The notes: generated by a model from the letters alone, not told the origin. A stretch of 64,000 nt of DNA from an uncultured Planctomycetota bacterium (GCA_963823665.1 CAWGMQ010000010.1:160001-224000); one strand, 5' to 3'; positions 16,764 to 28,932 are shown, counted from the first letter of the stretch. Numbers and translations: made by a program.

Positions 16764-19079
16764 ATGTCGCAACTTCCAATCATCCCCGAACCAGGCACGA
16801 ATGCCGCCCCCGTGCCCGACCCTCTCCCCGATTACCTCCCAGCCCGCATGCTCAACGAATTCGTCTACTGCCCGCGCCTGTTCTACTACGAGTGGGTCGA
16901 AGGCCTTTTCGCCCACAACCGCGAGACCGTCGAGGGCGCGCTCCGCCACGCCAAGCTCGACAGCCAGCAAGACGCGCTCACACCGGCCGATGAGCTGGCC
17001 CCCGAAGATCGCGCCCACTCCCGCTCGGTAATGCTCTCCAGCGACACACACAAGCTCATCGCAAAAATCGACCTCGTCGAGGCCGAAGGCTCAACAGTCA
17101 CCGCCGTTGACTACAAGCGCGGCGCCCCCCGCCAGCGCACCAACTCCGGCGACCTCGAAGCCTGGCCCGCCGACCGCGTCCAGGTGGCCGTCCAGGCGCT
17201 CGTCCTCCGCGACAACGGCTACTCATGTCAGGAGGCCGTGGTCTACTACGTCAAAACCAAGCAGCGCGTCCGCGTCGCCATCGACGACGCCCTGATCGCA
17301 GAGACGCTCGCCGCCGTCGCCGACGCGCGTGCCGCCGCCCTCGGCGAGATCCCAACACCGCTCGTCGACAGCCCCAAGTGCCCCCGCTGCTCATTGGTCG
17401 GCATCTGCCTCCCCGACGAAACCCGCTTCGTCCAGGCCGTCGACGAAACCACGGCTGCCTCCGGACCCGAAGCTTCCCCCATTGTCGCCCTTCGCTCCGC
17501 GAAGGGACCTCTGCCGTCCACACACCAACCCGAAGCGTCAGCGAGGACTCTCATTGAATCCGGCTCCGCCAGTGTCCGATCTCACATTTCCACCACACCA
17601 GAAACCGCCGAATCCGACCCACCCGCCCCCCGCCGCTTGGTCGCCGCACGCGACGACCTGCGCCCACTCTATCTCAACGCGCAGGGTCTCACGGTCGGCA
17701 AGTCCGGCAACCTCTTGAAGGTCAAGGAAGGCGATTCGGTTGTCCAGGAAGTTCGCATCGGCGAGACCTGCCAGGTCAACGTCTTCGGCAGCATCCAGCT
17801 CACCACGCAGGCGATCCAGACCCTCTGTCAAAACGAAGTGCCCATCGCCTACTTTTCCCAGGGAGGGTGGTTCTACGGCATGACCCAAGGGCTCGGTGTG
17901 CGCAACATCTCGCTCCGACGCGAGCAGTTCCGGCTCGCCGACGATCCGGAGTTCTGCCTCGGCATCGCCCGCAGACTTGTTGCCGGCAAGATCCGCAACC
18001 AGCGCACGATGCTCCAGCGCAACCATGTTCAGCCGCCCGCCGTGGCGATCGCTCAACTCAAGTGCCTGTGCGACGACGCGGAAAACGCCGAGTCGAGCGC
18101 CACACTCCTCGGCATCGAAGGCAACGCCGCTCGCATCTATTTCGAGAACTTCTCAGGCATGATCAAGGCCGGCAACGCGCGCACGCCCAATGAGGACCTG
18201 GCCGAGCAGCTCTTCGCACTGGTCTTCGGAGAGTCGGCGACCGACAATCCCATCCCAGAAGACGATCAGGGCAGCAGCACGAAGCCGGTTGCAAGCGGAA
18301 TTCGCGACGATGTAGCAGGCACACTCCGTGTGCCGCCCGCGCCGAGCAGCAGCACGAAGCCCGATGCAAGCGGAATTCGCGGCGATGTAGCAGGCACACT
18401 CCGTGTGCCGCCCGCGCCGAGCAGCAGCACGAAGCCCGATGCGACCGGAACCGGACACCAGAGTGGCCTTTCGCTCCGCGAAACTGCGTCCCGTACCACT
18501 TCGAAGCCCAAAGCAGCCGCAATGGGAGGGCAAGGCCCCGACCAAGCCACCGCTCGAGACGCTACCGCCGTGACGAAGACCGGTGCAGGCGCCAGGGAGC
18601 CCGAGCTCAACTTCGACTTCACCCACCGCAACCGCAGGCCGCCGCGCGATCCGGTCAACGCTCTACTTTCGCTGGCCTACAGTGTGCTGGCGAAGGACCT
18701 GACAATCGTGTGTCACGCGGTCGGCTTCGACCCTTTCATCGGAATGTTTCACCAGCCGCGCTTCGGCCGCGCTCCGTTGCCGCTCGATCTGATGGAGCCT
18801 TTTCGCCCGCTGATCGCGGATTCGGCGGTCCTCTCGGCGATCAATACGCGCATGGTGACGCCCAAGGACTTCATCCGGGCCGGCCAGTCCGTGGCGCTGC
18901 GGCCGGACGGCCGCAAGGCTTTCTTCCGCGCGTATGAGCAGCGGATGGATACGCTTGTGACGCACCCACTCTTCGGCTACCGTTTGAACTACCGGCGCAT
19001 GCTGGAGATCCAGACACGTCTTCTGGCTCGAACGGTGACAGGCGAGATCAACACGTATCCGGTCTTCGTCACTCGCTGA
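16764..19079 (+). CDS. cas1: Cas4-Cas1 fusion (GSU0057-type) carrying in-frame REP-derived insertions
   Basis: Cas4: FVYCPRLFYYEWVEG, KIDLVE, VDYKRG, CPRCSLVGIC. Cas1: GKIRNQR, LLGIEGNAARIYF, RNRRPPRDPVNALLSLAY, LDLMEPFRPLIAD. Confidence 0.95.
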   Translation: MSQLPIIPEPGTNAAPVPDPLPDYLPARMLNEFVYCPRLFYYEWVEGLFAHNRETVEGALRHAKLDSQQDALTPADELAPEDRAHSRSVMLSSDTHKLIAKIDLVEAEGSTVTAVDYKRGAPRQRTNSGDLEAWPADRVQVAVQALVLRDNGYSCQEAVVYYVKTKQRVRVAIDDALIAETLAAVADARAAALGEIPTPLVDSPKCPRCSLVGICLPDETRFVQAVDETTAASGPEASPIVALRSAKGPLPSTHQPEASARTLIESGSASVRSHISTTPETAESDPPAPRRLVAARDDLRPLYLNAQGLTVGKSGNLLKVKEGDSVVQEVRIGETCQVNVFGSIQLTTQAIQTLCQNEVPIAYFSQGGWFYGMTQGLGVRNISLRREQFRLADDPEFCLGIARRLVAGKIRNQRTMLQRNHVQPPAVAIAQLKCLCDDAENAESSATLLGIEGNAARIYFENFSGMIKAGNARTPNEDLAEQLFALVFGESATDNPIPEDDQGSSTKPVASGIRDDVAGTLRVPPAPSSSTKPDASGIRGDVAGTLRVPPAPSSSTKPDATGTGHQSGLSLRETASRTTSKPKAAAMGGQGPDQATARDATAVTKTGAGAREPELNFDFTHRNRRPPRDPVNALLSLAYSVLAKDLTIVCHAVGFDPFIGMFHQPRFGRAPLPLDLMEPFRPLIADSAVLSAINTRMVTPKDFIRAGQSVALRPDGRKAFFRAYEQRMDTLVTHPLFGYRLNYRRMLEIQTRLLARTVTGEINTYPVFVTR
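18271..18592. repeat. In-frame mini-array inside cas1: five copies of a ~40 bp local unit interspaced by REP-A, REP-A, REP-B and an unidentified segment
   Basis: Unit core cgaag at 18280, 18355, 18430, 18502, 18574 (periods 75, 75, 72, 72); REP-A at 18312 and 18387, REP-B at 18458-18493. Confidence 0.8.
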
Positions 19080-19085
19080 TCTGAT

Positions 19086-19190
19086 CTGATCCGCTCCGGC
19101 TCAAAACGGGAACCCGCCAGCCATCGTCGCCCTTCGCTCCGAAGGGATTTCTTCCGCTGATCCGCTCCAGCTCAAAACGGAGCCCGCCAG
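19086..19190. repeat. REP-B variant (36 bp) flanked by a 34-35 bp direct duplication just after the cas1 stop
   Basis: ctgatccgctccggctcaaaacgggaacccgccag (19086-19120) vs 19157-19190; insert ccatcgtcgcccttcgctccgaagggatttcttccg. Confidence 0.85.
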
Positions 19191-19425
19191 TGTGGCCCAT
19201 TCGAACCTCGGTGCGGAATCCTCAGCACGCCAGTTTTTGTCCCAGCCGTCGCGAGCGGCGAGGTGGCGCAAAAAACCCGGGGTCTGCTCGCACGTTGTAA
19301 ACCCGTCAGCGACAGGATCTAATGAATGCCTGCCCCAGCCGAACCGCTCCCAGCACCACCGTTTCGCAGCGTCGCTCGCAAACGCAAACCTAGCTCATTG
19401 GAAATTCGCAAGTTACAATCCCGCT
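19191..19425 (+). promoter_or_regulatory. CRISPR leader
   Basis: Non-coding, between cas1 and repeat 1; GCGAGC...GCTCGC inverted motif (19251-19291), a second CGCTCGCA near 19373, AT-richer proximal end. Confidence 0.7.
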
Positions 19426-22400
19426 CTTTCCGCGCTCAACCGAGCGCGGCTCCATTGAAGCGAGACGCCGAAGAACGAGAACATCGAGGGCGGACGACTT
19501 TCCGCGCTCAACCGAGCGCGGCTCCATTGAAGCGGTATCGACCCCCGCGCGGCCCAGCTTAATTCCTAACTTTCCGCGCTCAACCGAGCGCGGCTCCATT
19601 GAAGCCATCTAAAAGATTTCGCGGACCGCTTGCATGCAGCGTCTTTCCGCGCTCAACCGAGCGCGGCTCCATTGAAGCCGGCGAGATCGCAGGCGCTCGA
19701 GCTCTCGCTCGAGCCTTTCCGCGCTCAACCGAGCGCGGCTCCATTGAAGCCAGTCCATCGTTCGCGCCGCCGTGAAGCGCGAACTCCTTTCCGCGCTCAA
19801 CCGAGCGCGGCTCCATTGAAGCGACCCACGCGATTTCGATCCCGTCTTTCTGGTGCGCCTTTCCGCGCTCAACCGAGCGCGGCTCCATTGAAGCTCAAAG
19901 GCTTCGTTCCACTCCAGCTCCCCGGCCTGTTCTTTCCGCGCTCAACCGAGCGCGGCTCCATTGAAGCCCGAGTCTCTCCGAGCTGTGGGGGTGGTCGGAG
20001 TTGCAGCTTTCCGCGCTCAACCGAGCGCGGCTCCATTGAAGCCTGGCCGCTTCAGCCAGCAAATCATCGCAAGGGCCCCTTTCCGCGCTCAACCGAGCGC
20101 GGCTCCATTGAAGCCGATCGCCCGGACACGCTGCACTATTGCGACCCGCCCTTTCCGCGCTCAACCGAGCGCGGCTCCATTGAAGCGGGTCTGCGAGCTG
20201 CTCGCGGGTGAGACCCTTGCCGCCGGCTTTCCGCGCTCGAACCGAGCGCGGCTCCATTGAAGCGGGGCTGAGTTTCATCGCACTCCCCGGGGTCGTGAAG
20301 TCTTTCCGCGCTCAACCGAGCGCGGCTCCATTGAAGCTGGCTCGGGTCGCAACGGCAAGAACACGGTCCTTGACTTTCCGCGCTCAACCGAGCGCGGCTC
20401 CATTGAAGCGCACCGCGCCCAACGCGCCGGCCAGCCCCCGGGTGCCCTTTCCGCGCTCAACCGAGCGCGGCTCCATTGAAGCCGATGTAACCGCCCTGGT
20501 TGCCGATCGAGGTGTCGGACTTTCCGCGCTCAACCGAGCGCGGCTCCATTGAAGCATAAAGGGTTTCCGCGAAGGCGTCGGCGCTTTCACGGAGCTTTCC
20601 GCGCTCAACCGAGCGCGGCTCCATTGAAGCGTCTGCCGGTTCATTCCGCGCGAGCCCGCGAGACATCCTTTCCGCGCTCAACCGAGCGCGGCTCCATTGA
20701 AGCCTGGCCCACGGCCTGATTGCGATGCCATTCGATTTCTTTCCGCGCTCAACCGAGCGCGGCTCCATTGAAGCGTGGCATGTGGCGAGCCTGGCAGCGG
20801 AGAGATCGAGACTTTCCGCGCTCAACCGAGCGCGGCTCCATTGAAGCTTGATTACCTTATCGGCGTGGTCGGCTGGCCACATCCTTTCCGCGCTCAACCG
20901 AGCGCGGCTCCATTGAAGCGGCTCCGCTCTGGCCGGCCTGGGCCGGGGTTCGCCTGCTTTCCGCGCTCAACCGAGCGCGGCTCCATTGAAGCAGGGCGGC
21001 TCACGCTGGCCCAGCTCAATTTCCTCCTCCTTTCCGCGCTCAACCGAGCGCGGCTCCATTGAAGCAAGATCAAGCCCCGCATTGACTCCGCGGAAAAGAT
21101 GCCTTTCCGCGCTCAACCGAGCGCGGCTCCATTGAAGCATGCAGCGCTAGAGGCACTGGCCACACACCCGCACATCCTTTCCGCGCTCAACCGAGCGCGG
21201 CTCCATTGAAGCGACATGTTGTTGCTTGGCCTCCGCCTGGGCGAGACGAACTTTCCGCGCTCAACCGAGCGCGGCTCCATTGAAGCCTCGCGACTCAGCA
21301 GCTTCCGAACAACTTCACCAAGGCTTTCCGCGCTCAACCGAGCGCGGCTCCATTGAAGCCTTGTGCCACTTCTCGGACGCTGTTGCTTCCAAGTCCTTTC
21401 CGCGCTCAACCGAGCGCGGCTCCATTGAAGCTTTGACCTCCGCCTGGCCTCGGCCGCGACGCTCACCCCTTTCCGCGCTCAACCGAGCGCGGCTCCATTG
21501 AAGCGAACAGCTCGTCGCGCGTCTTGGGCAGCCCTAAAAGCCTTTCCGCGCTCAACCGAGCGCGGCTCCATTGAAGCCTCGAGTCTCATAAACACTTGGT
21601 TCGCTATCGATGGGCTTTCCGCGCTCAACCGAGCGCGGCTCCATTGAAGCTCCGAGTAGCCGTAGCAAGCCGTAGCGTGCCCGCCAGCTTTCCGCGCTCA
21701 ACCGAGCGCGGCTCCATTGAAGCATGAGGCTGTAACGATGCTTGCCGTTCCGCGTGTTGACTTTCCGCGCTCAACCGAGCGCGGCTCCATTGAAGCTGGA
21801 AAGAGACTCCGCGGAGATTGGCCCCGCTGAAATCCTTTCCGCGCTCAACCGAGCGCGGCTCCATTGAAGCTGATCAGGTGATATTCACGCCGCACACGAT
21901 CGGTGCTTCTTTCCGCGCTCAACCGAGCGCGGCTCCATTGAAGCCCCCTTTAACGGGAGCGGGGCGTAGATCCCCTGCCATTCTTTCCGCGCTCAACCGA
22001 GCGCGGCTCCATTGAAGCGCCACTGATCAGCACGGGACCGTCTACCAGGCCATGCCTTTCCGCGCTCAACCGAGCGCGGCTCCATTGAAGCCTTGATTCG
22101 CTCAGCGGATTCGTGGGCAACGAGTCCCTTTCCGCGCTCAACCGAGCGCGGCTCCATTGAAGCACCATCGGATGGGCGGGGAAGCCATACCGCAGATCGA
22201 CTTTCCGCGCTCAACCGAGCGCGGCTCCATTGAAGCCGGCCCACTCTCGCGCGTATCTCTGGAGATCCGCTTCTTTCCGCGCTCAACCGAGCGCGGCTCC
22301 ATTGAAGCTTGGCGTATGTGCTGTCCGTGGTTCTGGCCGTGGTCGACTTTCCGCGCTCAACCGAGCGCGGCTCCATTGAAGCTCCTGATCAGCGCACAGG

Positions 22401-25400
22401 CCCTTGCGGGTCCGGTACTTTCCGCGCTCAACCGAGCGCGGCTCCATTGAAGCGGCGAGCTGCTGAGCAAGGTGCGTGCGGCGATCCAGGCGCTTTCCGC
22501 GCTCAACCGAGCGCGGCTCCATTGAAGCCGCCCTGACCGACGCGGATCTCTCCGAGCTGCTCTACTTTCCGCGCTCAACCGAGCGCGGCTCCATTGAAGC
22601 GGGCAGGCCGCCGAACGCCGTGATCAGCGTCTCGATCTTTCCGCGCTCAACCGAGCGCGGCTCCATTGAAGCGAGTCGCTTATTGGGAAGGGAGCCGCCC
22701 CACCGCCCCTTTCCGCGCTCAACCGAGCGCGGCTCCATTGAAGCGGCATAGGAGTCGGCGATGGAAGGCCCCGCTTGCGGCTTTCCGCGCTCAACCGAGC
22801 GCGGCTCCATTGAAGCGGGTCCGAGTTCGTGCGACCGGCCCGACACCTTCATCCTTTCCGCGCTCAACCGAGCGCGGCTCCATTGAAGCCCGACGAGCCC
22901 GGTGGCGGGGAACGGCACTGGCCGGGCTTTCCGCGCTCAACCGAGCGCGGCTCCATTGAAGCTGATGGCCGGGATGTCGACCAAAGAGCAGGTCATACGC
23001 TTTCCGCGCTCAACCGAGCGCGGCTCCATTGAAGCAGCTACTACCCCAATCGGATATCGGCATTTTAGCATCTTTCCGCGCTCAACCGAGCGCGGCTCCA
23101 TTGAAGCGTCATCACCACGGCCGGTGAGGAGGCCCAAGGCCCTTCTTTCCGCGCTCAACCGAGCGCGGCTCCATTGAAGCAGAGCATCGCGCAGTGGGGG
23201 GACTGTCCCGAGACCGAACTTTCCGCGCTCAACCGAGCGCGGCTCCATTGAAGCGATGGATGGGACCGCGGCCGGTTTGGCACAAGTCATACCACCTTTC
23301 CGCGCTCAACCGAGCGCGGCTCCATTGAAGCTGATGCGGCCCAGGAAATCCCGCTTTACGTCGACTCCTTTCCGCGCTCAACCGAGCGCGGCTCCATTGA
23401 AGCGGCTGTTTTCGGCCGCAGAATTGGCGAAAAACGAGCGACTTTCCGCGCTCAACCGAGCGCGGCTCCATTGAAGCGAGTTGTCTACCGGGCACTTCCA
23501 GGAGACGACCTTGACTTTCCGCGCTCAACCGAGCGCGGCTCCATTGAAGCGCCCACCTGCCCCTTGATTGGAGCCGCCCCATTGCTCCTTTCCGCGCTCA
23601 ACCGAGCGCGGCTCCATTGAAGCTATCCGGGCATGTTCCCGAACAGTACGGGTGTGCTTCTTTCCGCGCTCAACCGAGCGCGGCTCCATTGAAGCATCTC
23701 GGCATGCTCGCCCGGTGGGAGAGTAATATTGACTTTCCGCGCTCAACCGAGCGCGGCTCCATTGAAGCCCGGCGACCCGCTCCACATTCTGCTGGTCGTC
23801 TCCCCGCCTTTCCGCGCTCAACCGAGCGCGGCTCCATTGAAGCAACATAGGCCTGCTCGAGCAGTTCAGTGTCGCCAACTTTCCGCGCTCAACCGAGCGC
23901 GGCTCCATTGAAGCGGACAAAGCAGTACTCGATCAGTTGTCGGAGTCGGCGACTTTCCGCGCTCAACCGAGCGCGGCTCCATTGAAGCAGGAGCCCGGCC
24001 TGCTTCCCGTACGCTCGCGTTTTCCTTTCCGCGCTCAACCGAGCGCGGCTCCATTGAAGCACGCGGGCCCCGAGGCACTCGTCGAGGCGCTTGGTCTTTC
24101 CGCGCTCAACCGAGCGCGGCTCCATTGAAGCCCGTAAGGCCTGCGCCGGTTTGTGCCACTGTTCGGACCTTTCCGCGCTCAACCGAGCGCGGCTCCATTG
24201 AAGCTGATGAGTCTTGAATCAGCCGGACGGGCCTCCCAGTCCTTTCCGCGCTCAACCGAGCGCGGCTCCATTGAAGCCGACGTTTCCTCTGGCTGCGGTC
24301 TCGCCTTTGCCATGCCTTTCCGCGCTCAACCGAGCGCGGCTCCATTGAAGCTCGATGAAAACCGAGAGGGCAACCCGAAAACGGAGACTTTCCGCGCTCA
24401 ACCGAGCGCGGCTCCATTGAAGCGAGACGCCGAAGAACGAGAACATCGAGGGCGGACGACTTTCCGCGCTCAACCGAGCGCGGCTCCATTGAAGCGTTTC
24501 TGATACATGCAATAGACGGGCCAGTTAACGCTTTCCGCGCTCAACCGAGCGCGGCTCCATTGAAGCTACGAGTCGCCCAGGTTCATGAACAGCGTCCCGT
24601 CATCTTTCCGCGCTCAACCGAGCGCGGCTCCATTGAAGCCGGCTAAGAAGGTACCAGAACTGGCGCTCGCTGAACGTCTTTCCGCGCTCGACCGAGCGCG
24701 GCTCCATTGAAGCCGATAGTCGTCCACGTCCCGCCGATATCGACGCCGACCTTTCCGCGCTCAACCGAGCGCGGCTCCATTGAAGCGGGCGTGATCGTGC
24801 CCGGTTCGATGAATGCCGCGTTCTTTCCGCGCTCAACCGAGCGCGGCTCCATTGAAGCATGCTATCCTTGATGACCTTCCGTGCGAGCTTGACCCTTTCC
24901 GCGCTCAACCGAGCGCGGCTCCATTGAAGCATATCGGCCCAGCCGTCTGAATCTCAAACGCCTTGAGCTTTCCGCGCTCAACCGAGCGCGGCTCCATTGA
25001 AGCCGAGCTCGGTCGCTATCCGCTCTTGCGTCCACCCTCGGCCTTTCCGCGCTCAACCGAGCGCGGCTCCATTGAAGCATTGCCATGCGCTCGGCTTGCG
25101 TAGCTCTTCCAGCCCCTTTCCGCGCTCAACCGAGCGCGGCTCCATTGAAGCTTGATACTCGCGAAACGATTGGAAGGCCGCGGCATCTTTCCGCGCTCAA
25201 CCGAGCGCGGCTCCATTGAAGCCACTCACCCCACTCGACCACGCCGCCTGCGTTCTGCTTTCCGCGCTCAACCGAGCGCGGCTCCATTGAAGCGACTGCT
25301 GGCGACAGATAGAAAGTGAACGATTCGTACCTTTCCGCGCTCAACCGAGCGCGGCTCCATTGAAGCGAGCAACGCCGCTGGCCAGCCCAGGACGTTGCCG

Positions 25401-28400
25401 TTGCTTTCCGCGCTCAACCGAGCGCGGCTCCATTGAAGCTTCGCGGGCACAACGCCGAACTGGGTGGCGGCTTCCTTCTTTCCGCGCTCAACCGAGCGCG
25501 GCTCCATTGAAGCTCGTCGCACCGTTCAGCGCAAACGAGTCGGCCGCGTCCTTTCCGCGCTCAACCGAGCGCGGCTCCATTGAAGCGCACCGTTGGCGTG
25601 ATCGTGACGACGCCGTTGCCGCCGTCTTTCCGCGCTCAACCGAGCGCGGCTCCATTGAAGCTTGATCGCCGCTGAACACGCCGTCGAGTGTGGCACCTTT
25701 CCGCGCTCAACCGAGCGCGGCTCCATTGAAGCTTGACACGTTCGTGCCGTTCGCGAGCACGGTGCCGGTCCTTTCCGCGCTCAACCGAGCGCGGCTCCAT
25801 TGAAGCGGACGCGATCATAAAGCGCCGCCTCTTCATCGGTTTGAATACTTTCCGCGCTCAACCGAGCGCGGCTCCATTGAAGCACCGCCCGCCCCCCCAA
25901 CCCTAGTGGGAGGATGTGACCTTTCCGCGCTCAACCGAGCGCGGCTCCATTGAAGCTTCCACCACGCGACGAGGTCCGGCGGCCCCTTCCGCTTTCCGCG
26001 CTCAACCGAGCGCGGCTCCATTGAAGCTGCTCACACCGGAAGAACGTGAACGAATCCGCAAGGCTTTCCGCGCTCAACCGAGCGCGGCTCCATTGAAGCT
26101 GCCTTCAACGCGAATTACAACTCTCACGGTGGCGCCTTTCCGCGCTCAACCGAGCGCGGCTCCATTGAAGCCTTTGCCATCGCGTACCCGTTGATCCCTT
26201 TCTCTGCCCTTTCCGCGCTCAACCGAGCGCGGCTCCATTGAAGCTGTTCTGTCTTTTCTCTTTTACTGTGGTGTCGTAGAGCTTTCCGCGCTCAACCGAG
26301 CGCGGCTCCATTGAAGCTGGTGCGCCTGCCAACCGCCCGGCATGGCCTCGGAGACCTTTCCGCGCTCAACCGAGCGCGGCTCCATTGAAGCCATCGACTC
26401 GCTCTCCTCGTAAGTGAGATCCAATGGCTTTCCGCGCTCAACCGAGCGCGGCTCCATTGAAGCTTCATCCGTGGCGCCGACCTGCCGGCCCTTCCCGAGC
26501 CTTTCCGCGCTCAACCGAGCGCGGCTCCATTGAAGCGCGCGGAGCTGAAGCTGGCTGGCTTGCGTGAGCGATCTTTCCGCGCTCAACCGAGCGCGGCTCC
26601 ATTGAAGCGCCTCGTTGCCGCGCCGGCGCATGCCCTGGCATGTCCTTTCCGCGCTCAACCGAGCGCGGCTCCATTGAAGCCTCGTGCCATCCCTTTCTTT
26701 GCGCCAGGAAGATGTTCTTTCCGCGCTCAACCGAGCGCGGCTCCATTGAAGCAACAGCGAGGACGTGGCGGCGTGCGGACTCAAGGAACTTTCCGCGCTC
26801 AACCGAGCGCGGCTCCATTGAAGCCTGAATTCGGCCACCGCCAACACTGAGTCGTGAGCACCTTTCCGCGCTCAACCGAGCGCGGCTCCATTGAAGCGCC
26901 CAGGTCACAACCTTGAACCCCGCGGGGCCATAGCCTTTCCGCGCTCAACCGAGCGCGGCTCCATTGAAGCATTGGTTGGGGCGTCACGGGCATTGCTTGG
27001 TCTCTCCTTTCCGCGCTCAACCGAGCGCGGCTCCATTGAAGCATGAAAAAGCCAAGCCGGAAACGGGCGCGTCAATTGACCGCTTTCCGCGCTCAACCGA
27101 GCGCGGCTCCATTGAAGCGCTGCCGTCAGCAGGCACCCACTCGGGGTTGAGCCGTCTTTCCGCGCTCAACCGAGCGCGGCTCCATTGAAGCCGTGAGCCC
27201 CAATTGCGGGTTAACGCTGCGATCATCAACTTTCCGCGCTTAACCGAGCGCGGCTCCATTGAAGCGCCGACCAGCTTGAGGATGTCATGCCACTTGTCAA
27301 TCTTTCCGCGCTCAACCGAGCGCGGCTCCATTGAAGCCGCCCGACGACGTCGCACCCGCACGCGATGCTTCAGCTTTCCGCGCTCAACCGAGCGCGGCTC
27401 CATTGAAGCCGGTATCCCAGCAGCCCGGCCGGGACCTGGGCCTGCGCTTTCCGCGCTCAACCGAGCGCGGCTCCATTGAAGCCGCGCGCCCCCCAAGCGC
27501 TAGGCCAGGGAATCACCGCCTTTCCGCGCTCAACCGAGCGCGGCTCCATTGAAGCCACGTCGTGCCTCCTTTCGCGGCCTCGATCAAGGCCTTTCCGCGC
27601 TCAACCGAGCGCGGCTCCATTGAAGCTGCGGCACCCGGTCCAGGACCTCGTCGCCGGTCGAGCTTTCCGCGCTCAACCGAGCGCGGCTCCATTGAAGCGG
27701 AGGGCACTGAGATGGCATGGGTCGGTACTGAATATCCTTTCCGCGCTCAACCGAGCGCGGCTCCATTGAAGCTCCTTGCACTTTTCGCACGGCATATCAA
27801 ATTCGACTTCCTTTCCGCGCTCAACCGAGCGCGGCTCCATTGAAGCTTCGTCGCCGGCCGCGATGACGCCATTGGTAACCATGCTTTCCGCGCTCAACCG
27901 AGCGCGGCTCCATTGAAGCTATTTGTAGTCGCTCGGATAAAAGCCTGGCATCTTCTTTCCGCGCTCAACCGAGCGCGGCTCCATTGAAGCACCGACACCA
28001 CGAACATCGAAGAACGCAACCGTGAGCTTTCCGCGCTCAACCGAGCGCGGCTCCATTGAAGCTGCTTTTCGCGGTGAATCAAGTCAACCGAATCAACGCC
28101 TTTCCGCGCTCAACCGAGCGCGGCTCCATTGAAGCGGGCAGGGAAAGGCGCATTTTCGTCGGCGATTTGGAGCTTTCCGCGCTCAACCGAGCGCGGCTCC
28201 ATTGAAGCATCAGGGCTTGGCTGACATCGTCACGAAGATGTCGGACTTTCCGCGCTCAACCGAGCGCGGCTCCATTGAAGCCCTCATGGGCAACGGCCAG
28301 CTCACGGGGCTGGAGAAGGCTTTCCGCGCTCAACCGAGCGCGGCTCCATTGAAGCATCAAGTTGGCTAACGCTGTCGGGCCGCACGATCCGCTTTCCGCG

Positions 28401-28849
28401 CTCAACCGAGCGCGGCTCCATTGAAGCCAGGAGGCGTTCCGAGCTGACCAATCCGCGCGCGACCCGCTTTCCGCGCTCAACCGAGCGCGGCTCCATTGAA
28501 GCGTGATCTGCACCGCCGCGTTGGCCGTTATCTATTCGACTTTCCGCGCTCAACCGAGCGCGGCTCCATTGAAGCGAGGGCGGCTCCCTCTGTTCCGGCC
28601 AGAACGATCGCCTTTCCGCGCTCAACCGAGCGCGGCTCCATTGAAGCCGTCCACTCTTCGCAGTCCACCGATGGCGACGTTGGTGCTTTCCGCGCTCAAC
28701 CGAGCGCGGCTCCATTGAAGCCCTGAACCGAACGTCGGTTACCTTGCTTTCCATAGGCTTTCCGCGCTCAACCGAGCGCGGCTCCATTGAAGCCGCTTCC
28801 GTCGCGTCGGCGACAACGCGGCAGACACGTCTTTCCGCGCTCAACCGAG
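19426..28849 (+). CRISPR. CRISPR array, repeat CTTTCCGCGCTCAACCGAGCGCGGCTCCATTGAAGC (36 bp); by manual count 129 full repeats plus one truncated, about 129 spacers of 35-41 bp
   Basis: Near-invariant repeat with 8 bp stem CCGCGCTC/GAGCGCGG and 3' ATTGAAGC handle (orientation inferred from handle and leader); variants at ~20227, ~24678, ~27230; last repeat 28831-28849 has 19 nt. Confidence 0.98.
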
Positions 28850-28872
28850 AAGAAAGGACATGCATTGTATTC

Positions 28873-28901
28873 TTGACACAACCCGGCAGTTTAGGTAACC
28901 T
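28873..28901 (+). promoter_or_regulatory. Sigma70-like promoter of the RAYT gene
   Basis: TTGACA-17 bp-TAACCT, 31 bp upstream of ATG 28933. Confidence 0.55.
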
Positions 28902-28932
28902 CCGTCGATCGATCACCTACGGAGCCCCACCC

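Noticed and set aside
24931..24945. Spacer 76 start matches 49361-49375 in the CBS gene (15 nt)
   Set aside because: The match stops at 15 of 37 nt; plausible by chance in GC-rich DNA, so not called self-targeting
27119..27155. Spacer containing agcaggcac, like REP-A
   Set aside because: Only 9 nt shared and the hairpin is absent
19326..28916. Dozens of ORFs with MEPRSVERGK / FRAQPSAAPLK / LQWSRARLSAE repeats
   Set aside because: Translations of the CRISPR repeat, not genes
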